Of a DNA stretch of 37,179 nucleotides, positions 6,197 through 15,700 are shown piece after piece (position 1 is the stretch's first letter; each line of letters begins with the position of its first letter). This stretch comes from a virus (taxonomy: Duplodnaviria; Caudoviricetes): positions 1 to 37,179 of the IMG/VR virus record IMGVR_UViG_3300013014_000068, one strand, 5' to 3'. Made by a program: the position numbers and the translations under genes. Under the pieces are notes generated by a model, which saw only the letters and a program-made list of their open reading frames with translations, was not told the DNA's origin and did not search any database.

Positions 6197-7772
6197 ACCC
6201 GGACTCACCGGGTGGAAAGACATGACGTGGGGGGAGCCACTCCCCCCACGTTTTTCTTCTATCCGACATCATCAGTATGTGGCGGTGCAAGAGATCGTTG
6301 ATGCGTTCAACGATGGGATACCTATGGTTGTGGTCGATGCACCCACCGGATCAGGCAAAACTTTGATTGCCGAATTGGTGCGGCGGGTGCTGGGAGACCG
6401 AGGACTTTACGTCTGCAACGGCAAAGACTTACAAGATCAATTCGCCCGCGACTTCAACGCCCCTGTGTTGAAAGGCCGGTCGAACTATCTGACAGTACGA
6501 GGCGGATCAGATACCACCGCCGATCAATGCGGCGGCAGGATATGCGGGCTGTGTCCCAGCAAAGCAGACTGCCCCTATGAGCAGGCTAAAGCGCAAGCGA
6601 TAGCAGGCAACCCGGCTGTGTTGAACACCGCATATTTCTTAGCGGAAACCAACGGGCCGGGACGTATGACGGGCCGTGACCTTGTAGTCATGGACGAATG
6701 CGACACGATAGAAACCGAATTGAAAAGATGGGCTGAGTTTCGTGTGTCGCAATGGGCGGTACGCAGGGTAGGTATGGAACTCCCCAAGAAAGGTGTGCAT
6801 TGGGACACGTTGACGCGTTGGCTATTGGAATATGCGACGACGTTGGAACGATGGGCGGTACGCAACAAGATCAGTACCACCGATCCGCGTGAGGGACGGC
6901 AGATCAATGCTCGCATCCACACGATTCGTCGCATGTTTACTAACAGCGACAAAGAGAATTGGGTACGGGTGTATGACAGCGGAGACAGACCCCCAGCCTT
7001 AGTGTTGAAACCTGTAACTGTTGACCATCTCGGTGACAGGTACATGTGGAAGTGGGGTACGAACTGGTTGCTGATGTCAGCGACTGTGATTGGTGCCGAC
7101 CACATGTTGCGGGAGGTGGGTTGGGACCTGCCGTATCACACGGTGCATGTGCCGATGACGTTTCCGGTAGAGAACCGGCAGGTGCTGGTGTTACCTATCG
7201 CCAACATGACCCGCAAAGGATATGAGAACGGGGAGTGGGAACGGATGGTACGCGCGGTGGGTGCGGTGATGGACAAGCATCCTGATGAACGGATACTGGT
7301 ACACACTGTGTCATACAAACTGTCGAACTATTTGCATGAACGACTGGACCAAAAGAGAACACTGACTTACGGCAATAGTGCAGACAGGGCATCTGCGCTG
7401 AGCAAATTTCGTCAGAGTACGAACGGAGTCCTACTCGCATCAAGCATGGACAGAGGCGTCGATCTACACGGCGACGAATGCAGAGTACAGATCATAGCCA
7501 AACTCCCCTACCCCAACCTCGGTGACCCGCAAGTCAAAGAACGTATGGGTAGAGAAGGCGGTCAACTCTGGTACAACTTGCAAACAATAAGGTCCCTCGT
7601 TCAGATGACAGGGCGGGCAGTTCGTTCCGCTGATGACTGGGCTGTGACCTACCTGTTGGATAAACAATTCGTTGCCAACTACAGCAAGTATCAAGGGTAC
7701 CTACCCGGCTGGTGGAAAGAATCACTAGCCATGGATAAACGCCCATCAGATATTCTTCCCGGTATTAGTTGA
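6189..7772 (+). CDS. dinG: DinG/XPD-family SF2 DNA helicase with Fe-S-type Cys cluster
   Basis: Q-motif RHHQ, Walker A APTGSGKT, KGRSNY, CGGRICGLCPSKADCPY, DECD, SAT, DRGVDL, KLPYP, QMTGRAVRSADD. Confidence 0.92.
   Translation: MIEPGLTGWKDMTWGEPLPPRFSSIRHHQYVAVQEIVDAFNDGIPMVVVDAPTGSGKTLIAELVRRVLGDRGLYVCNGKDLQDQFARDFNAPVLKGRSNYLTVRGGSDTTADQCGGRICGLCPSKADCPYEQAKAQAIAGNPAVLNTAYFLAETNGPGRMTGRDLVVMDECDTIETELKRWAEFRVSQWAVRRVGMELPKKGVHWDTLTRWLLEYATTLERWAVRNKISTTDPREGRQINARIHTIRRMFTNSDKENWVRVYDSGDRPPALVLKPVTVDHLGDRYMWKWGTNWLLMSATVIGADHMLREVGWDLPYHTVHVPMTFPVENRQVLVLPIANMTRKGYENGEWERMVRAVGAVMDKHPDERILVHTVSYKLSNYLHERLDQKRTLTYGNSADRASALSKFRQSTNGVLLASSMDRGVDLHGDECRVQIIAKLPYPNLGDPQVKERMGREGGQLWYNLQTIRSLVQMTGRAVRSADDWAVTYLLDKQFVANYSKYQGYLPGWWKESLAMDKRPSDILPGIS
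6225..6260 (+). terminator. Intrinsic-terminator-like hairpin inside the 5' end of the helicase CDS
   Basis: acgtggggggag-cca-ctccccccacgt followed by ttttcttct. Confidence 0.6.
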
Positions 7773-7797
7773 CCGGGAGTTGAAGTGGCAGTAGAGT
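7769..7797 (+). promoter_or_regulatory. SigA/sigma70-type promoter TTGACC-17-TAGAGT
   Basis: Exact 17-bp spacer; -10 lies between the arms of gtggcag/ctgccac (7785-7805); cgcacaggag is repeated at 7807 and 7820, the second copy forming the RBS. Confidence 0.7.
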
Positions 7798-7838
7798 GCT
7801 GCCACCCGCACAGGAGAAACGCACAGGAGGTGCATGTT

Positions 7839-8498
7839 ATGGCAATCAATTCATTTCAAACAGGTACAGGACTCGTTGACGAATACACACTGAACATCAA
7901 AGATGCAGTGTTCGCCTACGACAGCCGAGTACAAGACGGCGAAGTACCCATCCTTCAACTCCACGGAGTGAACAGCGAAACCGGAAACGCCGACGACAGC
8001 ATTTGGCTGAAGGTCGGAAAGAACTGGGAAATCGTAGACGGTGGCAAAAGCATCAACCACATTGGCACAGGCAAAGCCATGGTCAACCGCCAATCACAGT
8101 ACGGCAAATGGCTAGACGCATTCCTTGCCGCTGAAGGCGCAAACGAACTCATCGAAATGCGTGGCATGGATGCGTTCGTAGCAGAGTCATGGGTTGGTCT
8201 CGCACTCCACGTTGAGCGAGTCGTCAAACGAATCCAGATCAACGGCACCGACGTAGACATGACCGAATGGATCATCCACGAAATCAGCGGAGCCAACATC
8301 CCCGACAACACACCCGCCACCGTCATCGTCCCCGACGACGTAGCACCAGCATTGGCATCCATCGCCAAAGCATCAACATCATTCGAAGCGTTCATCGACG
8401 CCGCCTACGAAACCGTAGCCACCCTCGTCGATAGCGACTACGAATCACATGTGACCGACGACTCAGCCACCGGCTTCTACGCCACACACAAGGGCTGA
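7839..8498 (+). CDS. Acidic protein, putative single-stranded DNA-binding protein
   Basis: AGGAGG RBS; beta-rich N-terminal part; position between helicase and nuclease/ATPase. Function is inferred from context only. Confidence 0.5.
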   Translation: MAINSFQTGTGLVDEYTLNIKDAVFAYDSRVQDGEVPILQLHGVNSETGNADDSIWLKVGKNWEIVDGGKSINHIGTGKAMVNRQSQYGKWLDAFLAAEGANELIEMRGMDAFVAESWVGLALHVERVVKRIQINGTDVDMTEWIIHEISGANIPDNTPATVIVPDDVAPALASIAKASTSFEAFIDAAYETVATLVDSDYESHVTDDSATGFYATHKG

Positions 8499-8503
8499 CA
8501 GTC

Positions 8504-8800
8504 ATGGGAACCCGCTACCACTATCAGAAAGTGGACGGGTTGCCGCCGTCAGTAGATAAGCGACGCCGCCCCTCCAAACTCCAAATGATTTTGGAACAGG
8601 CCCGCATAGATAACGACGGCAAGTGGGTGCTGGCCGCAACCTACCAGCATGACGAAGGTGCAGCAGCAGCAGGGAAACGATTGAAAGATCGCGACGCTAC
8701 TAGCGACTGGGAATTTGCAGCCGTCAGATTCACCGACGGACCAGACGTACATTCCCGCCTGTACCTACGAGTCACACCACCGGACACCCCGGACACATAG
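8504..8800 (+). CDS. Small putative DNA-binding protein of a type seen in actinophages
   Basis: Pattern G.W.....A.......L.......EFA..R.....LY.R; 98 aa. Confidence 0.6.
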   Translation: MGTRYHYQKVDGLPPSVDKRRRPSKLQMILEQARIDNDGKWVLAATYQHDEGAAAAGKRLKDRDATSDWEFAAVRFTDGPDVHSRLYLRVTPPDTPDT

Positions 8801-8804
8801 ACCG

Positions 8805-8902
8805 CAACACAAACCTTTGCCAGTTATCCGGTTTGTGTTGTCAGACATGGGGGGCAGGGAACGGGTTTACTGTTCCTTTCCCCTGACCCTCCCCCCCATG
8901 TC
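8805..8902 (+). other. Two tandem intergenic hairpins
   Basis: caacacaaacc/ggtttgtgttg (8805-8840) and gacatgggggg..caggg/ccctg..ccccccatgtc (8844-8902). Confidence 0.7.
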
Positions 8903-8928
8903 ACACCCCCCGTGAACAATGGAGAACC

Positions 8929-9945
8929 ATGAACGACGACATCAAATACCATCAAGGCATCGCACGCGGCCACAACATGGCAGGCACCCGCATCGACGGA
9001 GGCGGCGACAACCGCCCACCCGTCTATGAAGACAACGGACAGTGGATATATAGGGCAAGTGGTGTCGGCAAACTATGCGAACGATCCCTCTGGTTGGCAC
9101 GCACAGGACACCAACCATCACCCACACCCAAAACATTACAAACCGCATTCGTGCATTCCGCCAACGGAGAAGACACCGTATGTGCGATGGCCGAAAAAGA
9201 ATACGAACTACAAATCGTTGACCGGCAAAAAGTAATTGACCTCCCCGTCACCAACCTCGCCCGCGTCAGAGGCAGCATTGATGGCACCGCCGATGGGCGA
9301 CTCATCGAAATCAAATGTATTCGTTCAGAAGACTGGGCGAAACGTGGACAGGGTATCGACATGTACCCCGGATGGCGTGAACAAGTAAACCTGTACATGC
9401 GCGGGTTAGATATGCGTGAAGGCATCTTGTTGATGGGACGCAAAGACTCTGACGGTGTAGTAGACGCAATCAGTTACACCAACTTTGTTTACGAACCACG
9501 CATCTACGCAAAGATACGAAACAAAATCTTTGCAGTGGAAACCGCTGCGCTAGACGGCGACCCGATTGACTGCGCTGAAGAACAATGGGGTTGCCCATAC
9601 TGGCAGTTACACGAAGGGACACGGGTAGAAGTCGAAGAAATCAGCGACCCGCAAGCCAACAACCTCACCACCCAAATTATGAAACTACAAAACCAGAAGA
9701 AAAATGTGGAACGTCAAATCGCTGACCTCAAAAAACAGGTAGATATTTGGCGAGACAACCACAACATCGGTGCCGCCGTCATCATCGCAGGCAAAGGTGG
9801 ACGCTACAAAGTGACGCGTATAGAACCCACCAAAAAAGTTTGGGACGAAACCAAACTTGACAAAGACGGCATCAACATTGATGACTACCGCATGACAATC
9901 CCCGGCTCCCCGTACCTACTCATCACCGAAGACAAGGACAACTAA
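8929..9945 (+). CDS. PD-(D/E)XK exonuclease, Cas4/RecB-like, with C-terminal coiled coil
   Basis: RAS...CER, RGSIDG, IEIK, QVNLYM, C-x6-CPY; GGAG RBS. Confidence 0.85.
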   Translation: MNDDIKYHQGIARGHNMAGTRIDGGGDNRPPVYEDNGQWIYRASGVGKLCERSLWLARTGHQPSPTPKTLQTAFVHSANGEDTVCAMAEKEYELQIVDRQKVIDLPVTNLARVRGSIDGTADGRLIEIKCIRSEDWAKRGQGIDMYPGWREQVNLYMRGLDMREGILLMGRKDSDGVVDAISYTNFVYEPRIYAKIRNKIFAVETAALDGDPIDCAEEQWGCPYWQLHEGTRVEVEEISDPQANNLTTQIMKLQNQKKNVERQIADLKKQVDIWRDNHNIGAAVIIAGKGGRYKVTRIEPTKKVWDETKLDKDGINIDDYRMTIPGSPYLLITEDKDN

Positions 9946-9947
9946 CG

Positions 9948-10760
9948 ATGGCACTCATCCAACCACCCGACATCAAAACCCCTGAACGCATCCTGTTGTA
10001 CGGCGTAGCAGGCACAGGCAAATCCACCGCTGTGCTTTCCATCGCTAAAGCAACCGGCGCAAACGTCACCATCATTGACACCGAACGCGCCCACGAACGG
10101 CTACTAGAAACCGAATGGGCAGGACTTACCAACGTCAAAGTCAAAGACGTACGGTTCGACGCAATGGTCAACGACACCACCAACTGGGATGAAATGCTTG
10201 GCGCTGTACGCGACTGCATTAAAACAATGAACAAAGGTGACTGGCTAGTCATCGACAGCATCACCCCCACATGGGACGACGTACAAGCATGGTTCACTCA
10301 ACGCCTATGGGGCGACGACCTAGCCGACTACATGATGGCAGCACGCATCCAAACCCAAGAAGCAGGCAAACGAGGCGGCAGCGCATTCGAAGGATTCACC
10401 GACTGGCCCGTCATCAACAAAACATACAACCTGCTATACAACCTGATCCTCAACGCACCCGGCCATGTGCTCCTCACCGCAGAAACCGCCGCTTTGATTG
10501 ATGAAGGAACAGATAACCAAATCATGTTCGGTGCCCACGGAGTAAAACCCAAAGGCCAGAAACGTCTACCCCACATTCCGCACACCGTCATGCTCACCGG
10601 ACGGAAACGAACCGGCGAATGGACACTCAGCACAGTCAAAGACCGAGGCCGTCAACCCATCACCGGCACAACAATCAACGACTTCGCAAAAGATTATCTA
10701 GGTAACGTATGCGGATGGAAACAAGAAGCCGCGTTCAAAGCCAGAGAAGCCGCCGAATGA
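9948..10760 (+). CDS. P-loop ATPase, Sak4/AAA_24-like (RecA-fold) recombination protein
   Basis: RILLYGVAGTGKST, IIDTE, LVIDSIT, HVLLTA; adjacent to the exonuclease. Confidence 0.82.
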   Translation: MALIQPPDIKTPERILLYGVAGTGKSTAVLSIAKATGANVTIIDTERAHERLLETEWAGLTNVKVKDVRFDAMVNDTTNWDEMLGAVRDCIKTMNKGDWLVIDSITPTWDDVQAWFTQRLWGDDLADYMMAARIQTQEAGKRGGSAFEGFTDWPVINKTYNLLYNLILNAPGHVLLTAETAALIDEGTDNQIMFGAHGVKPKGQKRLPHIPHTVMLTGRKRTGEWTLSTVKDRGRQPITGTTINDFAKDYLGNVCGWKQEAAFKAREAAE

Positions 10761-11113
10761 AACAGATACTTGTAGTATTCATCGTTGCCGTTGGCGTACT
10801 GTGCGGGGGACAGTACGCCAACGCTGCACCCGCCAGCCCCCCTAACCCCTGCGTACAGGGTATCCGACAAGCATGGCCCACCCACCTCCACACATGGGCG
10901 ATACGCATATCGTGGAGAGAGTCACGCTGGCAACAAACAGCAGTGAACCGTTCCCCACTACGCGCATCAGGATGTATGCAACTACTCCCCATGTACGCAC
11001 GCCCCTACCTACGCGCCGCACGTTGCACCAACCTACTCAACGGCTACTGCAACACCCGCGCCGCCTACCACCTGTACAAAAAAGCAGGACGCCGCCCATG
11101 GGCAACCAGATGA
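10757..11113 (+). CDS. Secreted lytic transglycosylase (SLT/lysozyme-like) with signal peptide
   Basis: MKQILVVFIVAVGVLCGGQYANA signal peptide; catalytic RES, AVN, ASGCMQ, N..AA..LY...G..PW; ATGA coupling at 10757. Confidence 0.82.
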   Translation: MKQILVVFIVAVGVLCGGQYANAAPASPPNPCVQGIRQAWPTHLHTWAIRISWRESRWQQTAVNRSPLRASGCMQLLPMYARPYLRAARCTNLLNGYCNTRAAYHLYKKAGRRPWATR

Positions 11114-11114
11114 C

Positions 11115-11762
11115 ATGCATGTCTCATCGACAGAACCCCACGAATTTCATCAACTAGGCGACGTATCCACCCTCCCCGAAAAATACGGAATGGATTTCCT
11201 TTGGTACACCAAAGGATGGTGCGGAGTACAACGCAAAGAAATCAAAGACCTATCCGCTTCGCTACGCGACGGCAGACTCGGCAGAGAAATCGCCCAAATG
11301 GAATCTTTGAAACACAAAATGTTGATCGTTGAAGGAATGATCGAACAAGTAGGCGACCAAATTATTTATCGCAACCAACCATTGATGGGCAAAGCCCTCT
11401 GGTGGGCGACACTATGGGGCTTACAAGCCAACAACATCAGCATCACCTTCACCCGCAACAAAACCGAAACCGCCGCAGCCGTCCAAGCATACGAACATTG
11501 GACCAGTCGCGACACCCACACCGCACTATCCCGCACCCGCAACACCCCTAAAGTCAACAGTTGGGGACAACACACCAACCGCGAATTCCAAATCCATATG
11601 CTCACCGGACTACCCGGCGTAGGTAGAGGAACCGCAGAAACCATCATCAACCATTTCGGTCACATGCCCATCAACTGGACAGCAACAGAAGAACAACTAT
11701 GCGAAATACCGGGGATAGGAAAAACGAAAGCGCAACGAATGTTGAAAGCACTCGGCAACTAA
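11115..11762 (+). CDS. ERCC4/XPF-family structure-specific nuclease with tandem HhH motifs (putative resolvase)
   Basis: GMDF...VQRKEIKDLSASLRDGRL, LIVEG, LPGVGRGTA, IPGIGKTKA. Confidence 0.88.
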   Translation: MHVSSTEPHEFHQLGDVSTLPEKYGMDFLWYTKGWCGVQRKEIKDLSASLRDGRLGREIAQMESLKHKMLIVEGMIEQVGDQIIYRNQPLMGKALWWATLWGLQANNISITFTRNKTETAAAVQAYEHWTSRDTHTALSRTRNTPKVNSWGQHTNREFQIHMLTGLPGVGRGTAETIINHFGHMPINWTATEEQLCEIPGIGKTKAQRMLKALGN

Positions 11763-11783
11763 TCGAACGAATCTTCGGACCTG

Positions 11784-12050
11784 TTATGTCAATTCGTCAG
11801 GCTGACAATTCAACGCCCGACACAGATACACCATGTCCAGAGGACGAACCGGTTTCACCCCTCGCACATAATCCGAAAGTTTCCTCTCGGACATCCCGGA
11901 CAAAGCAGCCACATCTCCCACCCGCAACCCTCTGGCTCGAATCATTCGACCAAGAGGCGTAGCAGTAGACACAGGGCGACCACGCCGAGATCGCAACCGT
12001 GACAGAGGCACAGTCGGCAACAACTCTGACGGCTCAGGTAACGTACTCAT
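11784..12050 (-). CDS. Cro/CI (XRE)-type helix-turn-helix protein
   Basis: LGRMIRARGLRVGDVAALSGMSERKLSDYVRG...LCRALNCQPDEL; ATGA-coupled to the lysin gene. Confidence 0.85.
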   Translation of the reverse strand: MSTLPEPSELLPTVPLSRLRSRRGRPVSTATPLGRMIRARGLRVGDVAALSGMSERKLSDYVRGVKPVRPLDMVYLCRALNCQPDELT

Positions 12051-12490
12051 CGGTCAAACAAAAAGTGTTTGAACCAGCGACGCAAATCTTTGGTATCAGG
12101 ACGGGCAGACACATCAATAGTCATCCCCACATGCACATGATCGACATGCGGATTTACACCCCGATACTGTTGCACACCCTTATCTTCGGTCCAACGCTGC
12201 CGATTCCAAATCACTTCGCACACACCACACGCATCAGCAGCATGAATCAAACGAAGAAATAACTCGTCACCAACTTGTTTAGTTGGACACACCCAATCAA
12301 TACCACGACCCGCCGCGTGCAACGACCATGCCCTGCCGCCACGCACCCGCCGAGAATTATAGATACCACCCGACCGGACACCACGACCCATGTAATGCTC
12401 AATCACCACATCAGATAACGCCAACGCACCCGGACGGGGACCCTGAATCGTTTTCGCTTCAACACTCGTAACCCGCTCATACGCTGGCAT
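12047..12490 (-). CDS. Zn-peptidase endolysin (M15-like fold)
   Basis: GIYNSRRVRGG, SLHAAGRGID, HVDHVHV (H-x6-D...HxH zinc ligands); start trimmed to ATG 12490. Confidence 0.75.
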   Translation of the reverse strand: MPAYERVTSVEAKTIQGPRPGALALSDVVIEHYMGRGVRSGGIYNSRRVRGGRAWSLHAAGRGIDWVCPTKQVGDELFLRLIHAADACGVCEVIWNRQRWTEDKGVQQYRGVNPHVDHVHVGMTIDVSARPDTKDLRRWFKHFLFDR

Positions 12491-12491
12491 A

Positions 12492-12761
12492 TCAATCCCC
12501 GATCTTTGATTCAACTCTACTCAAACGGTGATGCACCGCAGGCGCGTCACCATTCGGACCCAAGTGATAACGCACATACGCAGTGTGTTCATCCAACTTG
12601 TCAGTCAAATCAATGATCTGCCGCTCCACAGGCTCATTGATTTCCCGTTGCAAAAACCGGGACAACGGTTTCCAAATCTTTTCAATCAACACCAGCACCG
12701 CAGTCACCGCGACACACACAGCAGCAACATTCAACACACCGGCCAAAAATCCTTCAAACAT
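12492..12761 (-). CDS. Single-TM membrane protein next to the lysin (holin or lysis accessory)
   Basis: N-terminal TM helix, coiled coil and GPNG motif as in actinophage lysis-cassette membrane proteins. Confidence 0.65.
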   Translation of the reverse strand: MFEGFLAGVLNVAAVCVAVTAVLVLIEKIWKPLSRFLQREINEPVERQIIDLTDKLDEHTAYVRYHLGPNGDAPAVHHRLSRVESKIGD

Positions 12762-12762
12762 T

Positions 12763-15700
12763 TCACTCTTTCCAAGCCTGTAACGATCCAGTAAGTAGAT
12801 CAAATGTAGACGGTGCCGCGTTCACCGGAGTGAATTTGGCGAACTGTTCAGGGTCCTGTTCACGTTGCGCCAACAACGTATTAACCTGCTCTACCAACGC
12901 CGGATAGGCACGCACCGGATCGGTAGACGCTTGACGTACCGCCTCCGACAACGCCTGCCGCCCAGCGTTCTCACGCGCCAACTCTGTTTTAGTTATCTCC
13001 TGTGTCACGTTGACAGGACGCACCAACGTAGGGATACCCAACGCACTACCCACCAACCTGTTAGCCGCACCACGATTCGTGCGCGCCAACTCGTTGAACT
13101 GCGGATTTACACCCAACAAATTTGTTACCACCTGCGACTGCGGAATCACATTCTCCACTAGCGACTGAGCCAACCCACGTTTCTTCAAAACAAGACGCCC
13201 AGTTTTCTCATCAAACTCAGCCGACGGATACAACGACGCTTCACCAGTACGAGGATCAACACCAAACTGTTCAGCCAACGTAGACAACATCGGATTCACC
13301 TGACCCATCCAACCTGTCAACGTAAACAAGTTCGCTGTATCCACAAACGGATTCCAACCAGCAAAATTTATTGCCTTACGATTCCCCTGCTCATCTTCTT
13401 TACCAGCAATAAACAAATTGTGGATACGTTGCGGCAACGCCGTACCCCAATCCTGCAACTCGCTTCTCGCAAACGCAGCCGTCAACGCTGCACGCGTCGG
13501 ATGTTCAGCCCCATACCTAAACGCATACCGCATCATGTGCGAAAAAAATCCGTAGAACGGAAACACAAACCGGGCAACAGAACGTTCCCACGGACTCATC
13601 ATGTCCCAGTTATACGCCCAGCGACGCATCGACGTTTCCGCCATCACCCGCCGCATAGCCAACGTATCCGTCGCCCCACTAGCAGTCTGATACAACCCAT
13701 CTTTAGACAAAAACCGGCTGATCTCCGGGGTGATAGCACCCACACTTTTATCCAACGTAGACATGTACCCGGCGATACGCGTCGCGTCATCCACCGCAGC
13801 GTTCAACCGCACAGAAAAATCTGTGATCTTGTCAAAACCTTTACCAATAGGTTTCCCCCACCGGCCAGCAAGATCAGCAACAGCAGGCAACTTGTCCGCA
13901 ACAGCGTTACGAACACTCCCCAAACCTTCCTTCGAAATGTCCATAAACATTGCTTGCTCAGCAGCGTTCTGACCCATCGAAGCACGCACATTCCACGGCA
14001 CATCCACCGACGGCGCAGAACCTTCACGAATCAACTTCGCGTTCTTCCACGCCTCGGGAAAATGTTTCATCCATCCCGTGCCGGACTCCAACGAAGCCAA
14101 CAACCCGTTACCCAACACGTTATAAATCTGCCAACGAGGCGACAACAACAGTGTTGTAGTACGAAACACACCCATCACCGGGTCCCACACCGCGTTCGGT
14201 TTCAACGGCTTACTCAAATCATCCAACATACGCGCCACGTTTTTAGGCACATACATTTCCTGACTTGCTTTAGCAGCACTACCACGCTGACTACCACGCA
14301 TCTTCACACCAGACGGATACATGTCCTGACCCTTATAATTCAGGTACTGGGAACGATCCATCTTCGCGTAATACTTAGTAATAAAATTGTCTGCGATGGT
14401 TTGGCGATCAATTCCTTTACCCGCCCGAGCGTATTCACGATCAATACGATCACGAAACAAATCTTGCAACTCGCTTTTAGAACGAGCAATCGCGTTAATG
14501 CCATCACTTTTTTGGCCGTGAAACATGACATCAATAACATGATCTTCGCCACGTTTCACCAAAATTTCCATACCCTGATGCTTCAAAGCCAAAGCCAAAT
14601 CGCCTTCAGAGGGACGAAAATCTAGGGTACGTTCCTTGAATGCGGTAGGAGGAGAAGCATCCAACGTGATACGCGGATAGTACGCTTTGCCACCCTTACC
14701 AACACCAACATGGTGAACAAACAACGGGTCGGCACCCTTATCTATAAGTTCCATCCACGACCCGGCAACATCATCACGCAAATTCGTGTACATCTTGGCG
14801 GCGCTACCACTCGCACCAGCCTCATCAATCAACGTATCCAAATGGTGATACTCGCCTTGACCAACTAACTCAACCATCTTGTCAATCGCTTCAGGAGAAC
14901 CGTTAGTGATCGCAGTCCCCAACTTTTCTGCCTCGTCACGCAACCCTTGACGCACCAAAGTTTCCATCTGCGGAACCATGCGCGCCGGAACAGCCTGCCG
15001 TTCTTTCTTAGCAACAATTTTACCGGCATTCACAACAGACTTATAAGAAAGTTTCGTTGGGTCATACCCTTCACGGCGAGCGTTTTTCACCCAACTTTTA
15101 CGCAAGTTCAAAGTTTGTAACGACTCAACAACCTGAGCAGGGTTCAACGAACGGAACTCTGAAGGCACCGACATGTCACCAACAATTTTCGGATGCACCT
15201 TCACAAACGCGTTACGAATAGCCAACAAGTCAGCGTTACCATCAATCAACGCTTTCAACGGATACAACTCGGGGTGAATACCCGGCGTGTACGGCTTACC
15301 TGACCGACCAATTTTTTGTGGCTGCAACGTCGCCCTAATTTCCTCCACGGTTAACACCGGAGCATTAGGAAGCATCGCTTGAAAATTACTTGCCGCAGTA
15401 ATAACAGGAGCAGGTAACTGATTCTTATAACGGTTCGCTTTGACACGTTTCAAAAACGGGCGGGCGTCAACACCCAACGCAAGATACGCATTTGCGTACC
15501 CTTCCATCACCGTTAACTGTGCCTTGCGACCAAAGTCGCTGTTCAACGTAGGGGAATCAATAGAACGTTGCATCAAGTCTTGTGGAGTGACCGTCGCACG
15601 AAACTGCGGATCGTTCAAAACGTTGTTAATAAACAAATGTTCTTCAGTGACAAGTTTTGCGCGACGCGCACGCATCACTTCCAAACCACGATTGTAAGGC

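Noticed and set aside
510-9945. Type IV-like CRISPR system (DinG plus Cas4-like plus ~30-bp repeats)
   Set aside because: The repeats are three dispersed copies in both orientations upstream of genes, with no regular spacers and no recognisable cas5/6/7.
11763-11783. Bidirectional terminator between the convergent arms
   Set aside because: Only a ~4-bp stem is possible; not supportable.
13420-14625. 401-aa + strand ORF
   Set aside because: Antisense shadow of the large internal protein, with R/H/T-biased composition and no motifs.
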